NCBI GenBank assembly: GCA_965222615.1
Contig: CBDCUI010000008.1
Location: 1,034,705-1,098,704, forward strand
Direction: 5' to 3'
Source of the DNA: Gammaproteobacteria bacterium
GTDB taxonomy: Bacteria > Pseudomonadota > Gammaproteobacteria > UBA4575
Length of the DNA stretch: 64,000 bases
Of the stretch, positions 11,233 through 20,694 are shown in pieces. The notes below the pieces were generated by a model. The model searched no databases and was not told where the DNA came from. It saw only the letters and a list, made by a program, of their open reading frames with translations. A program made the translations under genes and the position numbers. Within the stretch, counting starts at the first letter, position 1. The number at the start of each line of letters is the position of its first letter.

Positions 11233-11769
11233 TTATCGCGAAGATTTGTTTATAAATTGCTCGATATAAGTGGCAATCTGATGTGGATGGTTAAGCTCTA
11301 GTAAAGGCAGTGGACTACTCACATGATTGGGTTCATCCGTTGCAATGGCAATTACGTTTTCGTCTGTTGCGGAAATAAGGGGTTTTCCTAAACTCGGCCG
11401 ATGAATTTCTATTTTGGGGATAGGCTCGGATTTATAACCTTCAACTACTACAAAGTCTATGTTGTCTATGACGATGTGTCTCAGTGCTTCTTGTAGAGAT
11501 AGTTCCAAGTGGTCAGAAGGATTTTCATGAATCATTACCCAACGATTAAGTGAAGAAATCAGAATTTGTTGCGCCCCTGCTTTTCTAATTTTATAACTAT
11601 CTTTTTCGGGGTGATCGATATCAAATGTGTGATGCGCATGTTTAATAACTGCGACCTTATAACCATGTTTACTAAAAATTGGAATGAGCTTTTCCAATAA
11701 TGTTGTTTTTCCAGAACCGCTATAAGCACATAGGCCTAAAATAGGCTTTTGAAAGACAATTTGTTTCAT
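11233..11769 (-). CDS. mobB: molybdopterin-guanine dinucleotide biosynthesis protein B
   Basis: AYSGSGKTTL, IKHAHH, KDSY, VEGYK. Confidence 0.92.
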   Translation of the reverse strand: MKQIVFQKPILGLCAYSGSGKTTLLEKLIPIFSKHGYKVAVIKHAHHTFDIDHPEKDSYKIRKAGAQQILISSLNRWVMIHENPSDHLELSLQEALRHIVIDNIDFVVVEGYKSEPIPKIEIHRPSLGKPLISATDENVIAIATDEPNHVSSPLPLLELNHPHQIATYIEQFINKSSR

Positions 11770-11775
11770 TATTTG

Positions 11776-12378
11776 TTATTTTACTAAAAGTTTAGCTAAA
11801 GAATTTTTATCTTCTGGGGTGTTTACATTAATAAAGCAATCTTTATTATCACTGAAATCTACTTCAATTAATTTGTGCTGTTCAAACCAACGATCAATTT
11901 TACGTTCACCGCTATTTAAATATTCATTCAAACTTTCTAATAAGTCACATTGAATAAGCGCATATACGGGCTGTATTCGCCTACCATCATGTGCTACAGC
12001 AATTTCTGCGTTCCGATTTTTGGTGGAGTTATATAATCGTGATACTAAATCATCTGCAATCAGCGGACCATCACATGGACAGGTACAAATATAAGGCGTG
12101 GTGCATTTATGCATTGCTACAGCAATACCGGCTAATGGTCCTTGGTAATCATTTAGGTTATCAGTAAATACTGGATACCCATATTTTTCGTAAATTTCTA
12201 TATTGCGATTCGCATTAATCAAAATACTAGCAACTTGAGGCTCAAGTGCGCGGATTACATATGAAATCATGGTTATACCATTGATTTCCAACAAGCCTTT
12301 ATCTTGGCCTCCCATACGTTTGGCTTTTCCCCCAGCTAAAATTATGCCAGTAACATTATTGTTGTTGGTGTTGTTCAC
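11776..12378 (-). CDS. mobA: molybdenum cofactor guanylyltransferase
   Basis: LAGGKAKRMGGQDKGL, GPLAGI, PCDGP, FINVNTPED. Confidence 0.94.
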   Translation of the reverse strand: MNNTNNNNVTGIILAGGKAKRMGGQDKGLLEINGITMISYVIRALEPQVASILINANRNIEIYEKYGYPVFTDNLNDYQGPLAGIAVAMHKCTTPYICTCPCDGPLIADDLVSRLYNSTKNRNAEIAVAHDGRRIQPVYALIQCDLLESLNEYLNSGERKIDRWFEQHKLIEVDFSDNKDCFINVNTPEDKNSLAKLLVK

Positions 12379-12469
12379 AGGATTATTAAACTAAAATTTT
12401 TCAATGTTCTGAAACTTAGTACAAAATACAAATATAATATTAAAACCAGATTGTTTTGAGGTAAAAATT

Positions 12470-12784
12470 ATGAGTGATGAGAAATATGACCGGAATCAGT
12501 TAGAAATCGAGGCAGCAGTATACAGAAGGTTGGTAGATCATTTGCGAAAAAAGACAGATGTGCAAAACATAGATCTGATGAATTTAGCGGATTTTTGTCG
12601 TAATTGCTTGTCTAAGTGGTATGTTGCTGCTGCTGAGGAAAGGGGAATTACGATTGAGTACGAAAAGGCTAGAGAACTCGTTTATGGCATGCCGTACTCA
12701 GAATGGAAAGCAAAATATCAAACAGAGGCTAACAAAGAACAATTGAAAGCATTTGCTGAAGGTGAAAAGAGACGTAACAGTTAG
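12470..12784 (+). CDS. DUF1244-family protein
   Basis: DVQNIDLMNLADFCRNCLSKWY and VYGMPYSEWK signature. Confidence 0.88.
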   Translation: MSDEKYDRNQLEIEAAVYRRLVDHLRKKTDVQNIDLMNLADFCRNCLSKWYVAAAEERGITIEYEKARELVYGMPYSEWKAKYQTEANKEQLKAFAEGEKRRNS

Positions 12785-12816
12785 CAGTTTTATTCATCAA
12801 GACTTAGGATTATCAA

Positions 12817-13587
12817 TTGAATCAAAAGGAAAGTAAAAATGATCTAAGTGATGATGAGTTGCTTCGTTATAGTCGACAAATCATGCTTCCACAACTTGAT
12901 ATAGTTGGCCAGAAACAATTATTGAAGTCACGTGTTTTGCTATTTGGAGCAGGAGGACTAGGTTCGCCAATTGCAATGTACTTAACCGCAAGTGGTGTAG
13001 GACAAATAACCATTGTGGATCCTGACACTGTAGATCTTTCTAATTTGCAGCGTCAGATTATTCACAGCAGTAAAAATTTAGGACAAGACAAGGTAGATTC
13101 GGCAAAACAGACACTATGTGAGCTAAATTCTCAAACTAGTGTGCAAACAATAAACACAATTTTAAGTGGGGCAGAACTTGAAAATGAAGTCCTGAAGGCA
13201 GATGTAGTAATTGATGCAACAGATAATTTTAAATCAAGATTTGCTATTAATATGGCATGCGTAAAACAAAGAACTCCACTCGTGGTTGGAGCTGTAATTC
13301 GTTTTGAAGGGCAAGTAATGGTTTTTACAATGGATGATAATAGCGCCTGTTATCAATGCCTTTTTTCTAACCAGGTTGAGGAATTGGACGAGAGTTGCAC
13401 GCAAACCGGTGTGCTCGGTTCTGTAGTAGGGCTAGTTGGTTGTATACAGGCGACAGAAGCTATAAAAATTTTAGCCAATTTTGGTGAGACGTTATCCAAT
13501 AAATTATTGTTAATCGATGCATTAAATGCGGAGTGGCATACTGTCAAAATTAGAAAAGACCATAAATGTGCAGTATGTGCGGCGTAA
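12817..13587 (+). CDS. moeB: molybdopterin-synthase adenylyltransferase (MoeB/ThiF family)
   Basis: RYSRQI, GAGGLGS, SNLQRQ, DATDNF, CYQC and C-terminal CAVC. Confidence 0.9.
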   Translation: MNQKESKNDLSDDELLRYSRQIMLPQLDIVGQKQLLKSRVLLFGAGGLGSPIAMYLTASGVGQITIVDPDTVDLSNLQRQIIHSSKNLGQDKVDSAKQTLCELNSQTSVQTINTILSGAELENEVLKADVVIDATDNFKSRFAINMACVKQRTPLVVGAVIRFEGQVMVFTMDDNSACYQCLFSNQVEELDESCTQTGVLGSVVGLVGCIQATEAIKILANFGETLSNKLLLIDALNAEWHTVKIRKDHKCAVCAA

Positions 13588-15658
13588 TAAATTGTATTTA
13601 GGCAAACTATTTTATGCTTGGTTATGCATATTGCCATTACTATTATTTTTTATTCCGTGGACATATGCGAACTCTCTTCAATTTAAAACTTCAATTTTAG
13701 TAGATCATGTTGAAGGTCATGGTTTTGAATTAGAAGGGATAAAAATCATCTTTGACGTACAAGCAAAGAATGTTTCAAGTTATATAGTCGAAATACAGTC
13801 GGCTTTATTACCAGTACAAAAAAGCCGGATTAAAGACATTGCCTTTACATGTAATGAGGGGCTGTTTTCGCAGCAGGAAATATCATGTATTGATGGTATG
13901 TTGTCATTTAAGGATCCGGTTATTACAGCAGACTCCTCACCAATAAACTTTCATATCAAAAAAAATGGAGAATATTCTCTCAGGATAGATTCAATTCAAC
14001 TCGCGGGTGGTTTTACATCAGTTGATATGACTATGCAGCATGATAAATGGGTAGCTAATTTAAGTACACGGAATGTTTCTCTAGCTAAATTACAATCTGT
14101 TCACCCCTATCTATCTGAGTTGTCTCTAGTAGGAAATTTGCAAGGCAGCTTGAGATTAGATGGCTACCGTTCAGTGATTCAAGCCATCATGGGTAATGCG
14201 GAAGTGACAGGTTTAGATTTCTCCAATCAGGAAAGCACTAGCGTTGGAGAAGATGTTGCCGCTAAATTTTCTTTTAAGGCGCATCGAATAGATCAATTGT
14301 GGAGAAGTGATATTTCATCCACAGTTTTTGCTGGCGAACTTTATTTCGATCCTATATTTATCGATGCAAATGAAAGCCCTAAGGATGTATATGGAGAGAT
14401 TGCATGGGAAGTGCATACAAATAATATACAACTTGTCCCTCTGCATATGGAAGATCAGAATGCCGGTCACATGAAAATTTCAACCACATTTAATATAGAA
14501 GAAAAGAAACCAATTGCACCCATAGAGCTAAATATTGAATATGCGATTTTGCCACAGGCATATAAAACTTATATGCAGCCATTTTTTTTAGATACAAATT
14601 TGGCTGATTTAACTACAAGCGGATCGCTGTCAGGCTCTGTAGAAATAGATGATGTGAATATAAGTGATGCGAATTTTGATCTTAATAGAGTTTCATTTAT
14701 TGATAAACAAAAACGGTTTGCACTTTTGAATTTAGATGGAAACATTGGATGGGGCGAGCGCTATATCGATACTGATTATAAGATGGAATTTGAGTCAGCT
14801 AACATTTATAAACTTCGCTTGGGGAAAACTGCGTTTTCATTTTCTAATCAGGGGGATTCGCTAAAATTAAATCAAGTAGCAAATGTACCTGTCTTAAATG
14901 GGGCGCTGAATATAGAATCATTTATAGTGTCTAATCCTGGTAAAGATGATCAAAGCATATCTTTAGATTTAAGCTTGATTCCCGTTTCTATGGCAAAATT
15001 GTCTTCAGTATTTGCTTGGCCTGAATTAAGTGGCGATCTTGCAGGTTATGCGCCGAATGTCACATATAAGCAAGGCGACTTGGATGTACAAGGAGCATTA
15101 TTAGTTAGGGCATTTAATGGGACAACCACTATTCATAATTTAAGGGCGCATGATTTATTTAGTGTAACGCCAAAACTATTTGCAGATATTAAAATTCAAA
15201 ATCTCAATTTGGGGTCATTGACGGAAACATTCTCGTTTGGTGAGATCACTGGAAAACTAAATGGTTACATAAATAATTTGCAATTTGTTAACTGGCAACC
15301 TATACAATTTGATGCTTGGCTTGGGACTCCTGAAAATGATAAGTCCCGTCACAGAATTAGCCAAAAGGCGGTAGACAATCTCACGCAGATAGGTAATGGT
15401 GCATCTAATATTTTTTCTAAAAGTTTTCTGCGGTTTTTTGATAGTTTTGGCTATGATCGTCTAGGCATAGGGTGTCGGCTATATAACTCTATCTGTGAAA
15501 TGCGCGGAGTTGCGAATAGAGATAATGGTTTTTATATTGTAAAAGGAAGTGGAGTTCCAAGGATTGATATAATTGGATTCACAGAAAAAGTATCTTGGCC
15601 AGTATTAATAGCACGATTAAAGCGGGTGATAAGTACTCAGGATATTGTGGTTCAATAG
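13577..15658 (+). CDS. YdbH-like intermembrane lipid-transport (AsmA-like) protein
   Basis: N-terminal TM, long beta-rich body, C-terminal ISQKAVDNL/FGYDRLGIGC/GSGVPRIDIIG; followed by a YdbL-like gene. GTG start at 13577 is inferred. Confidence 0.7.
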   Translation: MRRNKLYLGKLFYAWLCILPLLLFFIPWTYANSLQFKTSILVDHVEGHGFELEGIKIIFDVQAKNVSSYIVEIQSALLPVQKSRIKDIAFTCNEGLFSQQEISCIDGMLSFKDPVITADSSPINFHIKKNGEYSLRIDSIQLAGGFTSVDMTMQHDKWVANLSTRNVSLAKLQSVHPYLSELSLVGNLQGSLRLDGYRSVIQAIMGNAEVTGLDFSNQESTSVGEDVAAKFSFKAHRIDQLWRSDISSTVFAGELYFDPIFIDANESPKDVYGEIAWEVHTNNIQLVPLHMEDQNAGHMKISTTFNIEEKKPIAPIELNIEYAILPQAYKTYMQPFFLDTNLADLTTSGSLSGSVEIDDVNISDANFDLNRVSFIDKQKRFALLNLDGNIGWGERYIDTDYKMEFESANIYKLRLGKTAFSFSNQGDSLKLNQVANVPVLNGALNIESFIVSNPGKDDQSISLDLSLIPVSMAKLSSVFAWPELSGDLAGYAPNVTYKQGDLDVQGALLVRAFNGTTTIHNLRAHDLFSVTPKLFADIKIQNLNLGSLTETFSFGEITGKLNGYINNLQFVNWQPIQFDAWLGTPENDKSRHRISQKAVDNLTQIGNGASNIFSKSFLRFFDSFGYDRLGIGCRLYNSICEMRGVANRDNGFYIVKGSGVPRIDIIGFTEKVSWPVLIARLKRVISTQDIVVQ

Positions 15659-15740
15659 GTAAAGGTGCAAATAATGTGCAAGGGAACTTATTCAATTCCA
15701 AAGATATCTAACACAAACAAAATTCGGGAAAAAATTTGTT

Positions 15741-16355
15741 ATGAATATTAAGCAACGCAAATCAATTTTTAGTAGTTTTGTATTAGCATTTTTACTTTCG
15801 GCATGTGTCACTATAAATATTTATTTTCCTGCTGCAGCGGCAGAAGATGCAGCACGGATAATAGTACGTGATGTACTCGATGAAGGTGAAGCAAGTGAAT
15901 CAACCACTACAGGCGAAGAGACAAGTTACCAAGTACCTCATGTTACCTTGCATTATTTTGCTGCTTTGCTTCTAGATGTTTTAATTTCACCTGCATATGC
16001 TGAAGCAGATATCAATATTAATACGCCTGCTATTGCTACTTTGCGTGCGAGTATGAAAAGCCGTGCGTCTAGCTTAAAAACTTATTACGCAAATGGTGCG
16101 GTTGGTTTAACCACAGATGCAAATGTGCAGATAAGAGATCTTTCCGTGATACCACTAAAAGACCGCAATACTGTAAAGAAATTGGTAGCTGATGAAAATC
16201 GTGAGCGTGGCGCATTGTATGCCGAGATTGCGAGAGCCAATAACCACCCGGAATGGGAAGCCGATATTCGTGCAACCTTTGCTAAAGTGTGGGTGGAAGA
16301 GGTTCCTGCTGGCACCTGGTATCAGGCAGCTGATGGTAGTTGGGTGCAAAAATAA
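15741..16355 (+). CDS. YdbL/DUF1318-family lipoprotein with YnbE-like N-terminus
   Basis: Lipobox LSAC-VTINIYFP; DUF1318 core ENRERGALYAEIARAN..GTWYQ...G.W.QK. Confidence 0.8.
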   Translation: MNIKQRKSIFSSFVLAFLLSACVTINIYFPAAAAEDAARIIVRDVLDEGEASESTTTGEETSYQVPHVTLHYFAALLLDVLISPAYAEADININTPAIATLRASMKSRASSLKTYYANGAVGLTTDANVQIRDLSVIPLKDRNTVKKLVADENRERGALYAEIARANNHPEWEADIRATFAKVWVEEVPAGTWYQAADGSWVQK

Positions 16356-16601
16356 CTTATTTTGCTAAGTGTGGTTTAAAATCTTCCTATAAACTGATCT
16401 AAGTTAAACCGTCTATACAAGCGGATACTTGTAGGGTTTTAACGAATTTTTCAACTGCTGTGGTTTTTACTGGCCATTCCTATTGTCTGATTGAAGCTAC
16501 CTTTGAGTGTTGGAGCAATAAATCCATCTTGCTTTACATTTGCTATCCATGTATCTGCTACAATTTGTATAACCTTCACATAGAGTGTCTAATAATATCT
16601 T

Positions 16602-17987
16602 ATGCTTAAAGAGAAAATTAATGAGCTTATTTGGCAGGCTGACATTAAAGAAATGCCGTGGTGGAAGGCTTGGCCATTAAGCATTGTTCGCTTTATACAT
16701 GTCATATTGATTGACTTTATGGATGGCCAATTAAATTTACGTGCAATGAGCCTTGTGTTTACTACAATGCTTTCTATTGTTCCGGTCATTGCTGTTAGTT
16801 TCACTGTGGCAAAAGCCTTTGGTATGCATAACCATATGGAACCATTATTGCTAAATTATTTAGCGCCGTTGGGTGAACAAGGAAAAGAGATTGCCCAGCA
16901 GATAATGGGGTTTGTTGATAACATCAAAGTAGGCATATTGGGAGGAATTGGTTTAGCCTTATTGTTTTTAATTATAATCAGGCTAATACAAAAAATTGAA
17001 TATGCATTTAATTATACTTGGAGGGTTAAACATACTGGTTCTTTAGTACGAAGAATAGGAAATTACTTGATAGTAAGTATAGTAGGGCCACTATTAGTTT
17101 TCATAGCACTTGCAGTAACGGGCTCTGTTATGAACAGCTCAATCGCGCAAGCCATTATTTCTATGGAACCATTTGGGACGCTATTAAGTATTGGAACAAA
17201 GCTTGTTCCATATTTGTTAATTATTGCAGCATTCACTTTTACTTATCTGTTTATACCTAATGCTAAGGTAAGGGTTGTCCCGGCATTGATAGGAGGAATA
17301 ACTGCTGGAGTATTATGGCAGACGGTAGGTTGGGCTTTTGCAACCATTTTTTCCGCATCGATTTCAACAAGCTATACAGCGATATATTCAAGTTTTGCTT
17401 TTTTGTTTGTTTTTATGATCTGGTTATGGTGGAGTTGGTTAATACTTCTTGTTGGTTCAAGTGTTGCTTTTTATAAGCAATATCCTGAATACCTATTTAT
17501 TAATACACATAATTTATCTTTGACCAACAAACAAAAGGAAGAGCTTGCCTTAAAGTTAATGACGGTTATTGGTCAGCAGTTTTATAGAAACTCTCCCCCG
17601 ATATCCGTAAATGATCTTGTAGAAATTTTGCATCTTCCTAAACAATGCATTGAACAACAGCTGCAGTTATTTGAATCCCATGGCTTGCTGATAAAGATAG
17701 ATTCAGACATACCAACTTATACACCAGCAAGACCGTTGGAGGAATTGAGCTTGAAAACGGTTGTTGACACCGTACGCGAACCTGGTCCAAATAGTCATAT
17801 TAAATCTGCATTAACACAGAAATTTCCTAGTATAAACTCTTTGCTAGGGAATTTAGATAAAGAGATAGGCCAGATCTTAGACAATAAAACAATGAAAGAG
17901 ATTATCAAACAGCAAGATACGGATTCTAAGTATAATGATAATGCAGTGACTCCAATTACCTCAGGAATGAAAAGCAAAAATGAATAG
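16602..17987 (+). CDS. YihY/virulence factor BrkB-family membrane protein with C-terminal winged-helix extension
   Basis: RAMSLVFTTMLSIVP, IEYAFNYTW, YLFIPN, AIYSSFA. Confidence 0.88.
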   Translation: MLKEKINELIWQADIKEMPWWKAWPLSIVRFIHVILIDFMDGQLNLRAMSLVFTTMLSIVPVIAVSFTVAKAFGMHNHMEPLLLNYLAPLGEQGKEIAQQIMGFVDNIKVGILGGIGLALLFLIIIRLIQKIEYAFNYTWRVKHTGSLVRRIGNYLIVSIVGPLLVFIALAVTGSVMNSSIAQAIISMEPFGTLLSIGTKLVPYLLIIAAFTFTYLFIPNAKVRVVPALIGGITAGVLWQTVGWAFATIFSASISTSYTAIYSSFAFLFVFMIWLWWSWLILLVGSSVAFYKQYPEYLFINTHNLSLTNKQKEELALKLMTVIGQQFYRNSPPISVNDLVEILHLPKQCIEQQLQLFESHGLLIKIDSDIPTYTPARPLEELSLKTVVDTVREPGPNSHIKSALTQKFPSINSLLGNLDKEIGQILDNKTMKEIIKQQDTDSKYNDNAVTPITSGMKSKNE

Positions 17988-18033
17988 AGGTTATGTAGTT
18001 ACTTTGGCTATATTTGCCAAAAGGTAAGTAATA

Positions 18034-18390
18034 ATGACAGAGCCTGTAATAGAAGAACTAAAATTAAAACTCAGAGAATTTGCGCAAGAGCGTGATTGGG
18101 AAAAGTTCCATAGCCCAAAAAATCTTTCCATGGCCTTGTCTGTAGAAGCGTCTGAACTAGTGGAGAATTTTCAATGGATGACAGAAAAGCAAAGTTTTAA
18201 TCTTGATCCAAAACGTCATGCAGCCGTAGCATTTGAGCTTGCAGACATATTTATTTTTTTGCTAAGACTATCAGATCAGTTAAATGTAGATTTAATGGAA
18301 GTAACAAAACGCAAAATGGAGCTTAATAATAAACGTTATCCTATAGACATGGTCAAAGGCAGTTCTAAAAAATATAGTGAATATGAATAG
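18034..18390 (+). CDS. MazG-like nucleotide pyrophosphohydrolase (dCTPP1-like)
   Basis: ERDWEKFHSPKNLSMALSVEASEL..ELAD..RYP. Confidence 0.9.
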   Translation: MTEPVIEELKLKLREFAQERDWEKFHSPKNLSMALSVEASELVENFQWMTEKQSFNLDPKRHAAVAFELADIFIFLLRLSDQLNVDLMEVTKRKMELNNKRYPIDMVKGSSKKYSEYE

Positions 18391-18465
18391 CTAGATAAAC
18401 GTTTCATCTAGTTTTCAACAAAATAATAATTCTGAAACTAATCTTTAACTTTCTAATGCTTAGTT

Positions 18466-19647
18466 GTGTCTGAACCACTGCAAAATTTATTTGTCAATGA
18501 AAGCAATTTGACTATTTTAGGTACTGCGCACGTGTCACGTGCAAGTGCAGATACTGTGCAAAAAATGGTACGTTCTGAAAGGTTTGACGTAGTTTGTATA
18601 GAACTTTGTCAAAGTCGTTTCAATTCTATTATGCAACCTAATTCATTGGCAGAAATGGATTTGTTTAATGTTATACGCCAAGGTAAAGCAAGCATGGTAA
18701 CCGCGAGCCTGGCCTTAGGAGCTTATCAGCAAAGATTAGCCGAACAACTTGGAATAGAGCCTGGCAAAGAAATGAAAACTGCTATTGTGGAAGCAGAAAA
18801 ATTGGGCTTACCACTAATTTTAATAGATCGAGAAGTAGGGACTACACTTAAGCGTGTTTATCACAATGTACCTTTTTGGAAAAGAATTTATTTGTTTGCA
18901 GGATTATTTGGCAGTGTCTTATCTCGTGATGAAGTTTCAGAAGAAGAGATTGAAAAATTAAAGAGTGGGGACATATTAGAGACCACTTTCACACAGTTTT
19001 CTGAAGATGCAAAAGAGTTATTCATACCTTTGATTGATGAGAGAGATCGGTACATGGCTGCAAAATTATTACAAGTCACTGAAGATCATAGCAGTCGTAA
19101 CATACTAGCCGTTGTAGGCGCTGGCCATATTAAAGGTATGAAAAATTATTTAGAAAGCACTAATTTGGATGCTGAAAATACGATTAAAAATTTAGATGCG
19201 GTACCTAAAAAAGCATCATGGCTTAAGTTAATTCCGTGGATAATTGTTGGGTTAGTATTTGTGGGATTTTTTCTTGGTTTTAGAAAAAGCCCAGATCTTG
19301 GTTGGAGTTTAATTGGGCAATGGATTGTAATTAATGGTGGACTATCTGCATTAGGTGCCGCAATAGCAGGTGCTCATATTTTAACAATTTTGGTTGCTTT
19401 TTTAGCTGCTCCAATTACGTCATTAAATCCAACCATTGGTGCTGGTATGGTAACGGCGGCTATGGAATTGTTTCTCCGCAAGCCTGCAGTTAAAGATTTT
19501 GGAGAACTGCGTAAAGACACAACTACAATTAAAGGTTGGCGCAAGAATAGAGTAGCTAGAATACTATTAATATTTCTTCTAAGCAGCTTGGGTTCTGCGA
19601 TTGGAACCTATGTGGCAGGGTTTAGGATATTTAATCAAATAACCTAA
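18466..19647 (+). CDS. TraB/GumN-family protein
   Basis: LGTAHVS, VCIELC, PGKEM, LIDERD, AVVGAGH; C-terminal TMs with APITSLNP. Confidence 0.9.
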   Translation: MSEPLQNLFVNESNLTILGTAHVSRASADTVQKMVRSERFDVVCIELCQSRFNSIMQPNSLAEMDLFNVIRQGKASMVTASLALGAYQQRLAEQLGIEPGKEMKTAIVEAEKLGLPLILIDREVGTTLKRVYHNVPFWKRIYLFAGLFGSVLSRDEVSEEEIEKLKSGDILETTFTQFSEDAKELFIPLIDERDRYMAAKLLQVTEDHSSRNILAVVGAGHIKGMKNYLESTNLDAENTIKNLDAVPKKASWLKLIPWIIVGLVFVGFFLGFRKSPDLGWSLIGQWIVINGGLSALGAAIAGAHILTILVAFLAAPITSLNPTIGAGMVTAAMELFLRKPAVKDFGELRKDTTTIKGWRKNRVARILLIFLLSSLGSAIGTYVAGFRIFNQIT

Positions 19648-19672
19648 TAAAGCAGGGTTTACATAGCTTAAT

Positions 19673-20694
19673 GTGTGTGATTCACAGACATGGTTTCAAA
19701 TTTCTGACTTGTAAATCTAGCTGGTAGTTAGCTTCTTGTATACGTTCTTTTTCAGGATGATAGTCTTTTAGGACTTCTTCTCTAAGAGGGGTTTTATCCA
19801 GTAAGTGGCAAACTTTCTCCATAGGGGTTTTGCCTTTTAAGGAGCCATGTGTACGTTGCCAATTATAGTAGTGTTGCCATTCTGGAAGAGTGAGTTGCAA
19901 CTCATCAAGATCAAGTTTTGCGGTTGCGTAAAATTCTTCTTTATCAGTTCGTTGAGAGCGTTCAACTTTACCGTTAAGATGAGGGGAGCCAGGTTTATTG
20001 GGCCTGAATTTAATGCCGTGTTCTATCATTTTTTCTTGAACCTTTACAGCAAAAAACTCACGCCCTCGATCTGTTTGTATACGTTGAATAGGAAAAGGCA
20101 TCTCTTCAATCACTTGTTCTAGAAATTGCAATGTATTGGCTGCTGTACGTCTTGAGAAGGCTGCTAAAACCCTGTATCTAGAGCAATCATCAATCGCCGT
20201 GTATTGGTAAATACCATGTGTAATTTTACTGGTATCCATCTGTATGCGATCACCAGGTATCGGCCTTTGATATCGAATATAGCCCGCTTTCTTTCGATTA
20301 CGCTTAAGTGGCTTAACGTGATGCTTAGTCAGTATTTTGTGAATCGTTGCTAGTGATAAAGAGTAGTCATGCTCACGTAAAAGTTCGTTTTGAATACGTC
20401 TTGCACCGAGTTTACGCTGCTTTCTAAGGCTCAGTATCCAAGCTTCTTCTTGTTGACCAACTTTTGTATTAGGTGAGTGATGAGGCCGTCTACTGCAATC
20501 TCGTAAACCATTTAAGCCATCTTTCTCATAACGCTTCAACCATTTGCGTAAAGTGGGTCTTGAAATACCACAACGACGACAAACTAACCCTGCATTTTGG
20601 GTTTCCATATACAGGTCAACCCATACCAATCTTTGTTTTACTTGCTTGTTCATAGGCATCCATTTTAGTGAAAGGATGTCTGTGAATCACACAC
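19673..20694 (-). mobile_element. IS481-family insertion sequence (~1.02 kb)
   Basis: Inverted repeats (G)TGTGTGATTCACAGACATggTTTCA vs (G)TGTGTGATTCACAGACATccTTTCA; TAAT flanks both ends; single transposase ORF. Confidence 0.93.
19682..20659 (-). CDS. IS481-family DDE transposase
   Basis: N-terminal HTH (CRRCGISRPTLRKW); rve core QMDT, AIDDCSR, QTDRGREF, NGKVER. Confidence 0.95.
   Translation of the reverse strand: MPMNKQVKQRLVWVDLYMETQNAGLVCRRCGISRPTLRKWLKRYEKDGLNGLRDCSRRPHHSPNTKVGQQEEAWILSLRKQRKLGARRIQNELLREHDYSLSLATIHKILTKHHVKPLKRNRKKAGYIRYQRPIPGDRIQMDTSKITHGIYQYTAIDDCSRYRVLAAFSRRTAANTLQFLEQVIEEMPFPIQRIQTDRGREFFAVKVQEKMIEHGIKFRPNKPGSPHLNGKVERSQRTDKEEFYATAKLDLDELQLTLPEWQHYYNWQRTHGSLKGKTPMEKVCHLLDKTPLREEVLKDYHPEKERIQEANYQLDLQVRNLKPCL

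Noticed and set aside
16356-16600. Short minus-strand frame (VKVIQIVADTW...) and a hairpin near 16402-16443
   Set aside because: About 42 codons with no RBS or recognisable family; the hairpin is imperfect and at most a weak terminator.
18034-19647. MazG + TraB as a defence or conjugation locus
   Set aside because: These are a housecleaning pyrophosphatase and a TraB/GumN-family protein; no other tra, T4SS or defence genes are present.
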